Shown: positions 9,641 to 19,615, counted from the stretch's first letter. The stretch is 64,000 nt of DNA from an uncultured delta proteobacterium (GCA_963724765.1 CAVRVY010000001.1:1152001-1216000), one strand, 5' to 3'. Notes: generated by a model from the letters alone, not told the origin. Numbers and translations are program-made.

Positions 9641-9690
9641 GCGGGCGATTCTGAGCGAACGATCCGAGCGAGAGGCGCGCGGCGCGAACG

Positions 9691-10515
9691 ATGGGAGCGA
9701 CAACCGAATATTTTCGCCATATCAAGGACGCGGTCTTCACCATCTTTGACGGGATGGCGGTGAGCGCGTCGCATCTGATCCGCCGCCCGTATACCATTCA
9801 GTACCCCGATCGCACGCCGGTGCGTGTGCAGGACACGCTGCCGTTCCGCTATCGCGGCATCCTCGACGTCGACCTGGAGATTTGCACGGGATGCCTCGCC
9901 TGCGAGCGCGCCTGCCCGATCGACTGCATCGTGATCGTCTGCGAGAAGAACGCACAGACTCGCGAGTTGACCATCTCGCAATTCGATATCGACATCGCCA
10001 AATGCATGTACTGCGGCTTGTGCAGCGAGCCGTGTCCGACTGGCTCGATCCATCATACGACCGAATTCGAGGGCGCGGACTTCTCGCTCGAGAGCCTGAT
10101 TCGCCGCTACGTGCCCGAGCCCGTCGTGGCCTACAAGGTCAAGAAGGGCCCCGAGCCTGACGTGCACGTCGGCCAACTGCTCGAGCGCGGGATGCGTTAC
10201 GTCGACGAATGGGCGCAGCCGGGCGGCGCCAAGCCGCCCGCCGCGCCCGGGCCCGCGGCCGCCGCTGGGGCCGCGACGAAGGCCGCGGCCCCAGCGGCGG
10301 CCGCCAGGCCCGCCTCGCCCGCAGCCGGCGCTGCTGCGGCGGCGAAGCCCGCCGCAGCAGCGCCGGCTGCCCCCGCGAAGCCCGAATCGGCGGCGGACTC
10401 AGCGGGCGCGTCCGCGCCCACTGAGTCCGCCGCCGCAACAGCGCCGACGGCTGCGCCGGCCGGCGCTCCCAGCCCTAACCCTGGCGCCAAGAAGGATGAG
10501 CCGGAGCGAGCGTAG
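9691..10515 (+). CDS. nuoI: NADH-quinone oxidoreductase subunit I with long Ala/Pro-rich tail
   Basis: TIQYP, CTGCLACERACP and CMYCGLCSEPCP (two 4Fe-4S motifs). Confidence 0.95.
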   Translation: MGATTEYFRHIKDAVFTIFDGMAVSASHLIRRPYTIQYPDRTPVRVQDTLPFRYRGILDVDLEICTGCLACERACPIDCIVIVCEKNAQTRELTISQFDIDIAKCMYCGLCSEPCPTGSIHHTTEFEGADFSLESLIRRYVPEPVVAYKVKKGPEPDVHVGQLLERGMRYVDEWAQPGGAKPPAAPGPAAAAGAATKAAAPAAAARPASPAAGAAAAAKPAAAAPAAPAKPESAADSAGASAPTESAAATAPTAAPAGAPSPNPGAKKDEPERA

Positions 10516-10547
10516 TTGCTGCGGCCGCGCGCACGCCGACCCGTTAG

Positions 10548-11111
10548 ATGCTTAACACGCTCGCAGCGCAGATAATCTTCTACTTCGTCGCGGCGATTAC
10601 CGTCGGGTTCGGCGCACTGGTCGCATTCTCGCGCAACATCGTCTATTCGGCGTTCGCGCTGGTCGGCGCGCTGATGGGTGTCGCGGGAATTTATATTCTG
10701 CTCGCTGCCGATTTTGTCGCGATGGTCCAGGTGTTGCTCTACGTAGGCGGCATCGTGGTGCTGACGATTTTCGCCGTGATGCTCACGCAGGGAATCGGCG
10801 ACGTCGCCGTATCGAATCGCGCGGCCGGGCCGATCGCTGGCTTGACCGTGACCGCGCTCGCCGGGGCAGTGATGTTGTACGCGACGTTGCGGACGCCGTG
10901 GCATCTTGCGCCCAAGATCAGCGTTTCGGCGACGACCTATGGCGTCGGCAACGCTTTTCTGGGCGCCTACGTGCTGCCGTTCGAGGTTGCGTCGCTGGTC
11001 CTGTTGGTGGCCCTGATCGGCGCGGTCGTCATATCGCGTCAGGATCCGATCTCGAGCCCGGATCCCGTAGCAGAAACGGCAGGCGCGGCGGCCGATAAGG
11101 CGGGGGACTGA
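10548..11111 (+). CDS. nuoJ: NADH-quinone oxidoreductase subunit J
   Basis: QVLLYVGGIVVL and YVLPFEVASLVLLVALIGA. Confidence 0.95.
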   Translation: MLNTLAAQIIFYFVAAITVGFGALVAFSRNIVYSAFALVGALMGVAGIYILLAADFVAMVQVLLYVGGIVVLTIFAVMLTQGIGDVAVSNRAAGPIAGLTVTALAGAVMLYATLRTPWHLAPKISVSATTYGVGNAFLGAYVLPFEVASLVLLVALIGAVVISRQDPISSPDPVAETAGAAADKAGD

Positions 11112-11116
11112 CCGCG

Positions 11117-11431
11117 ATGGGCGGCGGGATCACGCTCAACCATTTCCTCGTCCTGGGGCTGATCCTGTTTTTGCTCGGCTCGTATTGCGTGCTGACGCGG
11201 CGCAACGCGATCGGCATCCTGATGGGCATCGAGCTCATCCTCAACGCCGCCAATATCAATTATCTTGCCTTCGCCTATTTCGGCGGCGCCCGCTACGACG
11301 GGCAGGTCTTTGCGATCTTCGTCATCATGCTGGCCGCGGCTGAGGCCGTGATCGGTCTCGCCGTGATCCTGGCGATCTACCAGAACCTGCGAACGATTGA
11401 CGTCGATGCGACCGAGACGCTCAGAGGCTAG
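11117..11431 (+). CDS. nuoK: NADH-quinone oxidoreductase subunit K
   Basis: RRNAIGILMGIELILNA, AAAEAVIGLA. Confidence 0.96.
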   Translation: MGGGITLNHFLVLGLILFLLGSYCVLTRRNAIGILMGIELILNAANINYLAFAYFGGARYDGQVFAIFVIMLAAAEAVIGLAVILAIYQNLRTIDVDATETLRG

Positions 11432-11501
11432 CCGCTTTCGCCGCGAGCGTCACGGGCCTCACGGTGCAGCGCAGCCAGCCGTCTCCCACGCCTCGTCCGC
11501 C

Positions 11502-11530
11502 TTGTTTTCGTCGCGGTTTCTGCTTATATC
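11502..11530 (+). promoter_or_regulatory. Possible internal promoter upstream of nuoL
   Basis: TTGTTT-N17-TATATC inside the 176-bp nuoK-nuoL gap. Confidence 0.3.
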
Positions 11531-11607
11531 GACGCGATCCCGTTGGCGATCCCGCTTCTCGTTGAATCGGCGCGATTGCGGTGGGGTTGAGGTGAGGCTC
11601 TAGCGCG

Positions 11608-13668
11608 ATGGAGCATCCGCTCGCGGTCGATTTCGTGCGCTGGATCGTATTGCTGCCGCTGCTCGGCGCGGCGGTGAACTTCCTGGCCGGCGCCCGCTTG
11701 CAGCGCGAACTCGGCAAGCGCGCGATAAGTATCGTGGGATGCGGCACGGTGGCCGCGGCTTTCGCGCTGGCCGTTTACGCCTGGGCCATGATGCTGGCGA
11801 TGGCGCCCGCCGATCGCTTCATGCTTGACCATCTTTGGCGATGGATTAACGTAGGCCCGCTCAATCTCGACATCGCGTTCTGGCTCGACCCGCTCTCGAT
11901 GCTGATGGCGCTGATCATCACCGGAGTCGGCGGCCTGATTCACATCTATTCGACCGGCTACATGCACGAGGACGAGTCCTACTGGCGCTTCTTCGCGTGG
12001 CTGAACCTGTTCACGTTCGCGATGTTGGTGCTGGTGCTGGCGGACAATCTGTGGCTGATGTTCGTTGGCTGGGAGGGCGTGGGGCTGTGCTCGTTCGCGC
12101 TGATCGGCTTCTGGTACAAGGACCTCGCGAACACTACCGCCGGCAACAAGGCGTTTATCGTCAACCGCGTCGGCGACTGGGCGTTCGTGGTCGCGCTGTA
12201 TTCGCTGTTCACCGGACTTGGCACTGCTGGTCATGCGACCTTGGTCATCCGCGACGTCGCACACTGGGCGCCTGCGCTGGCCGGTATGCCGGGCTACTTC
12301 GGGATGTCGCTGGTCACGTTCGTGACGCTACTGCTGTTCGCGGGCGCGACCGGCAAGTCAGCGCAGATTCCGCTTCACGTATGGCTGCCTGACGCGATGG
12401 CCGGGCCGACGCCCGTGAGTGCGCTAATCCACGCGGCCACGATGGTGACGGCGGGCGTGTACATGGTGGCGCGGCTCAATTTCCTGTTCTCGATGGCGCC
12501 GGCGACGATGCTGACGATTGCGACAATCGGGACGCTGACCGCGTTTTTCGCCGCCACTATCGGCACCACCCAGGACGACATCAAAAAGGTGCTGGCCTAT
12601 TCGACCGTGAGCCAGCTCGGTTACATGTTCGCCGCGGTCGGGGTGGGCGCGTATGTCGACGGCGTCTTTCACCTGATGACGCATGCGTTCTTCAAAGCCT
12701 GCCTGTTCCTCGGCGCGGGCTCGGTGATCCATGCGATGGGCGGTGTGCAGGACATGCGGCTGATGGGCGGTCTGCGCGAGCGGTTGCCGATCACGTTTTG
12801 GACTTTTCTCGCCGCGACGCTCGCGCTCTGCGGTATCCCGCCGTTCGCTGGTTTCATGTCGAAGGACGCGATCATCTGGGACAGCTTCGCTCACGGCCAT
12901 CCGCTGCTGTGGGCGCTTCTGTGGCTGGGCGCGGGAATCACCGCCTTTTACATGTTTCGCCAGGTTTATATGACGTTTTTCGGGGAGTTTCGCGGCACTC
13001 ACGAACAGGAGCATCACCTGCACGAATCGCCGCCCTCGATGACGCTTGCGCTGGTGGTGCTGGGCGCGTTGTCGGTGGTCGGCGGCTTCGTAAAATTGCC
13101 TGGCTTTATCGAGCGCCTCGATCCGTTCGGAAACTTCCTCGCGCCGGTGTTCGCCTCGCCGGCGACGCGCCAGATGATCGAATCCGCGACCGAGAACCGT
13201 AGCGCCGAGGCCGGCCTCGCCGTGTTGTCGCTGGCGATGGTGGCTGCGGGATGGTATCTGGCCGACCTCATATATCGCCAGGGCTCGACCGCCTACGATT
13301 GGGTCAGCGAACTGTGGGGCGGCGCGCTATATCGCACGGTGCTCAACAAGTACTACGTCGACGAGGCTTACGCAGCGGGTCCGGTGGCCGGGACGCTCGA
13401 AGCCTCGCAAGCCGCGGCCTGGTTCGATTTCCACATCATCGATTGGATCGTCAACTTCGCCGCCACGGCGACCGTTTTCAGTTCGTGGCTCTCGGGGCTG
13501 CTCGACCGCTACGTGGTCGACGGACTGGTCAATCTTGCCTCCAACGTGACGTTGGATGCGGGTCAGCGGATGCGGCGGCTGCAGACCGGTTCGATCAACG
13601 GCTACCTGTACGGAATCCTGGCGGCGGTTACGTTCGCCCTCATTGTCCGCGCGGTGTTGCGGACGTGA
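11608..13668 (+). CDS. nuoL: NADH-quinone oxidoreductase subunit L
   Basis: GWEGVGLCS, GKSAQIPLHVWLPDAMAGPTPVSALIHAATMV, HAFFKACLFL; C-terminal lateral helix (RLQTG) present. Confidence 0.97.
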   Translation: MEHPLAVDFVRWIVLLPLLGAAVNFLAGARLQRELGKRAISIVGCGTVAAAFALAVYAWAMMLAMAPADRFMLDHLWRWINVGPLNLDIAFWLDPLSMLMALIITGVGGLIHIYSTGYMHEDESYWRFFAWLNLFTFAMLVLVLADNLWLMFVGWEGVGLCSFALIGFWYKDLANTTAGNKAFIVNRVGDWAFVVALYSLFTGLGTAGHATLVIRDVAHWAPALAGMPGYFGMSLVTFVTLLLFAGATGKSAQIPLHVWLPDAMAGPTPVSALIHAATMVTAGVYMVARLNFLFSMAPATMLTIATIGTLTAFFAATIGTTQDDIKKVLAYSTVSQLGYMFAAVGVGAYVDGVFHLMTHAFFKACLFLGAGSVIHAMGGVQDMRLMGGLRERLPITFWTFLAATLALCGIPPFAGFMSKDAIIWDSFAHGHPLLWALLWLGAGITAFYMFRQVYMTFFGEFRGTHEQEHHLHESPPSMTLALVVLGALSVVGGFVKLPGFIERLDPFGNFLAPVFASPATRQMIESATENRSAEAGLAVLSLAMVAAGWYLADLIYRQGSTAYDWVSELWGGALYRTVLNKYYVDEAYAAGPVAGTLEASQAAAWFDFHIIDWIVNFAATATVFSSWLSGLLDRYVVDGLVNLASNVTLDAGQRMRRLQTGSINGYLYGILAAVTFALIVRAVLRT

Positions 13669-13723
13669 GGCGGAGGGAGGGGGGAGGGGCGGCAGAGCCA
13701 ACGGCCGCGTCGCGCAACCGACG

Positions 13724-15223
13724 ATGACTCATCCGCTGACCCTTATCACCTTCATTCCGCTCGTCGGGATGGTTCTGATCCTGCTCTGCCCCAAGGGGCA
13801 GGAGAAATTCATCCGCTGGATCGCCGCGCTCTTCACCTTTCCGCAACTGCTTATCGCCGGATGGCTGTACGCCAACTTCGATACCACCACCACTTCCATC
13901 CAGTTCGCCGAGCATCGCGCCTGGATTCCCGCCTATCATATCTTTTACTTTCTGGGCGTTGACGGGATCAGTATCTCGATGGTCCTGCTGACCGCGATCA
14001 TCTGCTTCATCTCGGTGTTCGCGAGCTTCACCATCGACCGCGGCGAGCGCGGCTATTACGCGCTGCTGCTGCTGCTCGACACCGGCATGATGGGCGTGTT
14101 CGTCGCGCTCGACTTTTTCCTGTTCTACATTTTCTGGGAAGTGATGCTGCTGCCGATGTACTTCCTCATCGGTGTGTGGGGCGGGCCGCGGCGCGAGTAC
14201 GCCGCGATCAAGTTCTTTCTCTACACGCTGCTCGGCTCGGTGCTGATCCTGCTCGCGATGCTGGGGCTGTACTATTATGGCGCGGCGCCGACCTTCGACA
14301 TGATCGAGCTCGCCGCCAACGCCGGCCACTATTCGATGACCTTTCAGCGCGTGGCATGGATCGCGCTGTTTATAGGCTTCGCGATCAAAATCCCGGCCTT
14401 TCCATTCCACACCTGGCTGCCCGACGCGCACGTCGAGGCGCCCACCGCGATCAGCGTCATCCTGGCCGGCGTGCTGCTCAAGATGGGCACCTATGGCATC
14501 CTGCGTATCAACTTCTCCATCCTGCCGGCCGCCAGCCACGAGTTCGCCTTCTGGCTGCTCGGGGTGATCGGCACGATCAACATCGTGTACGGCGCGCTGT
14601 GCGCGATGGCACAGACCGACTACAAGAAGCTCATCGCCTATTCCTCGGTGAGCCACATGGGTTACGTGATGCTGGGGATGGCGGCGCTGACCGAGGCCGG
14701 GATCAATGGCGCGGTGCTGCAGATGTTCAACCACGGCACAATCACCGCGATGCTCTTCCTGCTGGTCGGCGTGATCTACGATCGCGCGCACCATCGCGAA
14801 ATCGCCGGCTTTGGCGGGTTGGCCAGCCAGATGCCGATGTGTGCGGCGCTGACCGGCTTTGCGTTTTTCGCTGCGATGGGTTTGCCGGGACTCTCGGCTT
14901 TCATCTCCGAGGTTCTGGTGCTGATCGGCGCATGGCAGCGCTATCCGGTGATGACTGTCCTGGGCGCCGGCACGGCGATTCTAACCGCCGGTTACATGCT
15001 GTGGACCTTTCAGCGCATCTACCTCGGCCCGCTCAACGAAAAATACAAGAGCCTGACCGACCTCACGCTGCGCGAAGCCTTCATGCTGATCCCGCTCGCG
15101 ATCATCGTGCTCATCCTCGGCGTCTATCCGCATGCGATCCTCGATCTGCTCGGCGCTTCGCTCAATCACGTCAACCAGGTCGTGCTGATGGCGCATGCGC
15201 CAGCGTCCGCGATCGTGCCGTGA
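13724..15223 (+). CDS. nuoM: NADH-quinone oxidoreductase subunit M
   Basis: GVDGIS, FYIFWEVMLLPMY, HTWLPDAHVEAPT, AYSSVSHMG; ATG at 13724 preferred to the track start 13556. Confidence 0.96.
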   Translation: MTHPLTLITFIPLVGMVLILLCPKGQEKFIRWIAALFTFPQLLIAGWLYANFDTTTTSIQFAEHRAWIPAYHIFYFLGVDGISISMVLLTAIICFISVFASFTIDRGERGYYALLLLLDTGMMGVFVALDFFLFYIFWEVMLLPMYFLIGVWGGPRREYAAIKFFLYTLLGSVLILLAMLGLYYYGAAPTFDMIELAANAGHYSMTFQRVAWIALFIGFAIKIPAFPFHTWLPDAHVEAPTAISVILAGVLLKMGTYGILRINFSILPAASHEFAFWLLGVIGTINIVYGALCAMAQTDYKKLIAYSSVSHMGYVMLGMAALTEAGINGAVLQMFNHGTITAMLFLLVGVIYDRAHHREIAGFGGLASQMPMCAALTGFAFFAAMGLPGLSAFISEVLVLIGAWQRYPVMTVLGAGTAILTAGYMLWTFQRIYLGPLNEKYKSLTDLTLREAFMLIPLAIIVLILGVYPHAILDLLGASLNHVNQVVLMAHAPASAIVP

Positions 15224-15278
15224 GCGGCGGGTGCGCGCGCCGCGGCGGATTAGCGGTCAAGATTAAAGCGAATTAAAG

Positions 15279-16766
15279 ATGGACCTCGGCAACCTCGCCA
15301 GCCTGAGCCATTTCCTGCCCGAATTGCTGCTCACGGCGGGAGTAATCGTACTGGTCGTCGTCGATCTGATCCTGCGCGACAAGACGCCGCTCGGCGATCT
15401 CGCGCTGATCATCACCGCCGGAGCGCTGGTGCTGATCGCTATCGAACCGGTGCAGCGCGGTGCATGGCTGTTCCATCGGATGCTGGTGTTCGATGCGTTC
15501 GGGTTCTTCTTTCGGGCACTGATCGCGCTGGCCGCGCTGGTCGCGGTCTGGATGTCGATGGGTTCGGTGGAGGTGCGCCAGTGCGACCAAGGCGAGTACT
15601 ACGCGATCCTGCTCGCCAGCACGCTCGGGATGTTCCTGATGGCGGAGGCGGCCAACCTCCTTATGGCCTACCTGGCGCTGGAGTTCGTAAGCCTGACCTC
15701 ATACATCCTGACCGGTTTCCTGCGCCACAACCGCCGCTCGCAGGAGGCCGCGCTGAAATACCTGATCTACGGCGGCGTCGCCTCGGGCACGATGGTTTAC
15801 GGGATGAGCTGGATTTTCGGAATCACCGGCTCACTCGACTTTAACGCGATCAACAGCGCGCTGAGCGCGCCCGGCCATCTCCCGGTGCTCACCGTGTTCA
15901 TCGCGGTGGTGCTGATCCTGGCCGGGCTCGGCTACAAGATCGCTTCGGTGCCGTTTCACATGTGGGCGCCCGACGTTTATACGGGCGCGCCGATTCCGAT
16001 CACCACTTTTCTGGCCGTGGGATCGAAGGCGGCCGGCTTCGCGCTGCTCACCCGTTTTTTCTACCCCGCGATTTCGCGTCTGGGCGCGGCCGGAAACTGG
16101 CAGCCGCTTAACGGCGTCGATTGGCCGCAACTGCTGCTGGTCGTGTGCGTGATCACGATGACGCTGGGCAATCTCGCCGCGCTCCAGCAGACCAATATGA
16201 AGCGGCTGCTCGCCTACTCCTCGATCGCACAGGCAGGCTACGCTTTGATGGGCTTGGTGATCCTGACCAACGACGGCATCCGCGCGACGCTGTTCTACCT
16301 GTTCGCGTACTACGTGATGGACGCGGGGGCGTTTTTGGTCGTGATGATCGTCGCCAACGCTACCGGCCGCGAGGATATCGAGGCCTACCGCGGTCTGGCC
16401 TGGCGCGGCGGCGCGGTCCCGGCGGTCGCGCTGGCGATCTTCCTGCTCTCGCTGACCGGCATCCCCGCGACCATCGGCTTCATCGGCAAGTTCTACATCT
16501 TCGCCGCGGTCATCCGTTCGCAATTCTACGTGCTGGCGGTGATCGGCATATTAAATTCGACCGTCTCTCTCTACTACTACATGGCGCCGGTCAGGATGAT
16601 GTTCCTTGAAGAGCCGCGTGGCGACGAGACGCCGATCACGTTCGAGGCATGGAACTACAGCCTGATGGGCGTGCTGGCGTGCGCGACGGTGGTGCTGGGA
16701 TTGTACTGGACACCGATCATCGCATTCGCCGACCGCTCGATGCACTTCTTCACCGGCCCTTCGTGA
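15279..16766 (+). CDS. nuoN: NADH-quinone oxidoreductase subunit N
   Basis: EAALKY, VPFHMWAPDVYTGAP, KRLLAYSSIAQAGY, GFIGKFY. Confidence 0.96.
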   Translation: MDLGNLASLSHFLPELLLTAGVIVLVVVDLILRDKTPLGDLALIITAGALVLIAIEPVQRGAWLFHRMLVFDAFGFFFRALIALAALVAVWMSMGSVEVRQCDQGEYYAILLASTLGMFLMAEAANLLMAYLALEFVSLTSYILTGFLRHNRRSQEAALKYLIYGGVASGTMVYGMSWIFGITGSLDFNAINSALSAPGHLPVLTVFIAVVLILAGLGYKIASVPFHMWAPDVYTGAPIPITTFLAVGSKAAGFALLTRFFYPAISRLGAAGNWQPLNGVDWPQLLLVVCVITMTLGNLAALQQTNMKRLLAYSSIAQAGYALMGLVILTNDGIRATLFYLFAYYVMDAGAFLVVMIVANATGREDIEAYRGLAWRGGAVPAVALAIFLLSLTGIPATIGFIGKFYIFAAVIRSQFYVLAVIGILNSTVSLYYYMAPVRMMFLEEPRGDETPITFEAWNYSLMGVLACATVVLGLYWTPIIAFADRSMHFFTGPS

Positions 16767-16903
16767 CTTGTCTTTCGCTGCTCGGAACGCGCAAGGCCAA
16801 GGGCATCGCTCTTGATGCGCAAATGATCGCAGGCTAGATGCTATAGCGCCTGCGCGCGTTGCTGAACCAACATCGCGGCGAATCAAACGGAGTGAAATAG
16901 AAA

Positions 16904-17692
16904 ATGGGCAAGCTCGACGGGAAAATCGCATTGATCACCGGCGGTGGATCGGGAATCGGACGCGCCACCGCAAAAGTGTTCGCCGCGGAGGGCGCGAAGG
17001 TCGCGGTCGTGGACCGCGCCGAGGACAACGCACGCGCAGCCGCCGCCGAAATCACGAAAAGCGCCGCCGAGGCGATCGCGATTGTGGCCGACGTATCGAA
17101 AGCCGCCGACACCGAGCGGATGGTGGCCGAGACGGTAGGCCGCTTCGGCCGGCTCGACATCCTCTACAACAACGCCGGCGTCGGTTTCGCCCGGCGCACG
17201 CATCTGCTCACCGAGGAGGAATGGGATCGCACGATCGACGTCGATCTGAAGGGCGTCTTCCTGGGTTGCAAATACGCTTTGCCCGAGTTGATGAAGCGGG
17301 GCGGCGTGATCCTGAGCACGGCGTCGGTCGCCGGGATCGAGGGCTTCCGCCAGATGGCCGCGTACTGCGCGGCGAAGGCGGGCGTGATTCTGCTGACCAA
17401 GTCGCTCGCGATGGACTACGCGGAGTATGGCATTCGCGTCAACTGCATCTGCCCGGGATCGATCGAAACGCCGCTTTATGAGAGCGGCTTCGACAACCTG
17501 ACGCCCGAAAAGCGCGCGCGAGCGCATCAGATGTTCGCCGCGATGCATCTGCTGGGACGCGCCGGAGAGCCCGAGGAGATTGCGCGAGTCGCGTTATTTT
17601 TATCCTCGCAAGACGCGTCTTTTATCACTGGGCAGGCTGTAGTCGTGGATGGCGGCTATTCGACGGGTCATCGAATGATAAGACTCACCTAA
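16904..17692 (+). CDS. SDR family oxidoreductase
   Basis: TGGGSGIG, NNAG, YCAAK, ITGQAVVVDGG. Confidence 0.95.
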   Translation: MGKLDGKIALITGGGSGIGRATAKVFAAEGAKVAVVDRAEDNARAAAAEITKSAAEAIAIVADVSKAADTERMVAETVGRFGRLDILYNNAGVGFARRTHLLTEEEWDRTIDVDLKGVFLGCKYALPELMKRGGVILSTASVAGIEGFRQMAAYCAAKAGVILLTKSLAMDYAEYGIRVNCICPGSIETPLYESGFDNLTPEKRARAHQMFAAMHLLGRAGEPEEIARVALFLSSQDASFITGQAVVVDGGYSTGHRMIRLT

Positions 17693-17873
17693 AAGGATCA
17701 CGAACGACTCAAAGTGAACGGCCAGCAGGGTTTTCGCGAGCAAGATCGCAATTCGATGGTCTGGCTGCTTACGCGGATGTATAATTCGTCTTGAGAGTTG
17801 GCTTTTGCGATTGGACATCTGCTGTCAGCCGGCGCTGCAGGGGGCGCATCGCCACAGCTTTGAGGAGAATGTT

Positions 17874-18050
17874 ATGTCTGCGGTAGTCTTCACCCTGCTT
17901 TTCGGCTTGCTTTCGGGAATCGCCGGTTTTGTCGGGAGTGCGTCGTTCGAGACGGTCTTGATGCTGGGGCTGCTCGGCCTTATGCATCTGAGCGTCGTTT
18001 CCGCGCGCCAGGCCAACACAACGGTAGCTCGCGAAGATATCCGAAGATAA
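17874..18050 (+). CDS. Small hydrophobic protein (58 aa), hypothetical
   Basis: GAGGAG RBS before ATG 17874; two hydrophobic segments; TATAAT at 17780; ends 9 bp before rsmI. Confidence 0.55.
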   Translation: MSAVVFTLLFGLLSGIAGFVGSASFETVLMLGLLGLMHLSVVSARQANTTVAREDIRR

Positions 18051-18059
18051 CAGCCGCGC

Positions 18060-18941
18060 GTGTCGGGGATGCTTTATGTCGTCGCGATGCCGATCGGCGA
18101 CATAGCCGATTTGAGCCCGCGCGCGTTCGGCATTCTGGCGCAGGTGGATTTAATCGCGTGCGAGGATACGCGGCGAGTGGCACCGCTGCTCGCCGCGCAT
18201 GCGATCCGCACGCCCACAATCAGCTACTTCGAGCATAACGAGGAACGCCGCGCCTCCGAGCTGGTCGAGCGGATGCGCCGCGGCGCGCGAATCGCGCTGG
18301 TTACCGATGCCGGCACGCCGGCTATCTCCGATCCTGGCTTCAGGCTGGTGCGCGAGGCGCTGAGTGCGGGAATCCGGGTTGGCGCGATTCCCGGCCCCTC
18401 GGCCGTGATCGCGGCGCTCTCGATCGTCGGGCTGCCGACCGACCGTTTCACCTTCGAAGGTTTTCTGTCTTCGAAATCCGCGTCCCGTCGAAACGAGTTG
18501 AAGGCGCTCGTTCGCGAACGGCGCACGATGGTGTTCTTCGAGGCGGCGCGCCGCCTTGGTCCGACGCTGACCGCGATGGCCGAGGCTTTCGGCGCGGAGC
18601 GCGAGGCCGCGGTCGCGCGAGAGATCGGGAAGACATACGAGGAAGTGGTGCGCGCGAGCCTCGCAGAGCTGGCGGCGCGCTTTACCGCAAACCCTGCGCG
18701 CGGCGAGATCACGTTGGTAGTTGCGGGCATCGGTCGCGAGCAGAGCGCGCAGGAGCAGGCACTTGGCGATTTGGCGGCGGCGCCGGCAGCACTCACGGTC
18801 GAGATGCTGTGCGAGGCCGGGCTCTCACTCAAGCAGGCGAGCGCGGTGATCGCACGGCTTGGCGGGGGCAGCCGGCGCGAGGTTTACCAGAATGCGCTGG
18901 CCTCGCGGCGAACACGCCAAGACGACACAGAAGATGATTAA
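18060..18941 (+). CDS. rsmI: 16S rRNA (cytidine1402-2'-O)-methyltransferase
   Basis: ACEDTRR, TDAGTPAISDPG, PGPSAVIAALS, FTFEGFL, REIGKTYEE, RGEITLVV. Confidence 0.93.
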   Translation: MSGMLYVVAMPIGDIADLSPRAFGILAQVDLIACEDTRRVAPLLAAHAIRTPTISYFEHNEERRASELVERMRRGARIALVTDAGTPAISDPGFRLVREALSAGIRVGAIPGPSAVIAALSIVGLPTDRFTFEGFLSSKSASRRNELKALVRERRTMVFFEAARRLGPTLTAMAEAFGAEREAAVAREIGKTYEEVVRASLAELAARFTANPARGEITLVVAGIGREQSAQEQALGDLAAAPAALTVEMLCEAGLSLKQASAVIARLGGGSRREVYQNALASRRTRQDDTEDD

Positions 18942-19037
18942 CGATGATTAGGCGAATCGCGCCGGACTCCGCTGTTGATGCGCACGCTGATCGTTGCTTG
19001 AAAGCCGCCGGTTGGTAGGCTTCAATGCCCGCCAGAG

Positions 19038-19556
19038 ATGGCGAGGACAGGCAAAGCGGACGCTGGTGACACCGCCGCAGGTAGCGCGCCTGGCGCGTCG
19101 GCGGCCGTGCTGGTTATCCATGGACCGAACCTGAATCTTCTCGGCGAGCGCGAACCGGAAATTTACGGTCGCACGCGTCTGGGCGACATCGACCGCTCGC
19201 TCAAGCAGTTGGGCCGCGAGCTGGGCCTCAAGGTGGAGACCTTCCAGTCGAACAGCGAAGGGGCGATCGTGGATCGAATCCAGCAGGCGCGTGGGCGCGC
19301 GCAGGTGCTGGTGATCAACCCGGCCGGCTATACGCATACCAGCGTGGCGATTCGCGACGCGATAACCGCTTGCGAGCTGCCGACCGTCGAAGTCCATCTT
19401 TCGAACGTTTATGCGCGCGAGCCATTTCGCCATCATTCGACCATCGCCGGCATCGTGGTTGGCCGAATCATGGGCTTCGGCGCCGAGGGCTACCTCCTGG
19501 CGCTGCGCGCGGCAAAGCGGCTGATCGAGGCGGATCAGGCCGCCGCGGATGCCTGA
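19038..19556 (+). CDS. aroQ: Type II 3-dehydroquinate dehydratase
   Basis: [38 protein letters not shown]. Confidence 0.97.
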   Translation: MARTGKADAGDTAAGSAPGASAAVLVIHGPNLNLLGEREPEIYGRTRLGDIDRSLKQLGRELGLKVETFQSNSEGAIVDRIQQARGRAQVLVINPAGYTHTSVAIRDAITACELPTVEVHLSNVYAREPFRHHSTIAGIVVGRIMGFGAEGYLLALRAAKRLIEADQAAADA

Positions 19557-19615
19557 CCCGCCTCGGCTGTTTGGCGTAACGCGAAGTGGCCCGGGCCGTA
19601 TCCCTGGGAGCATCG

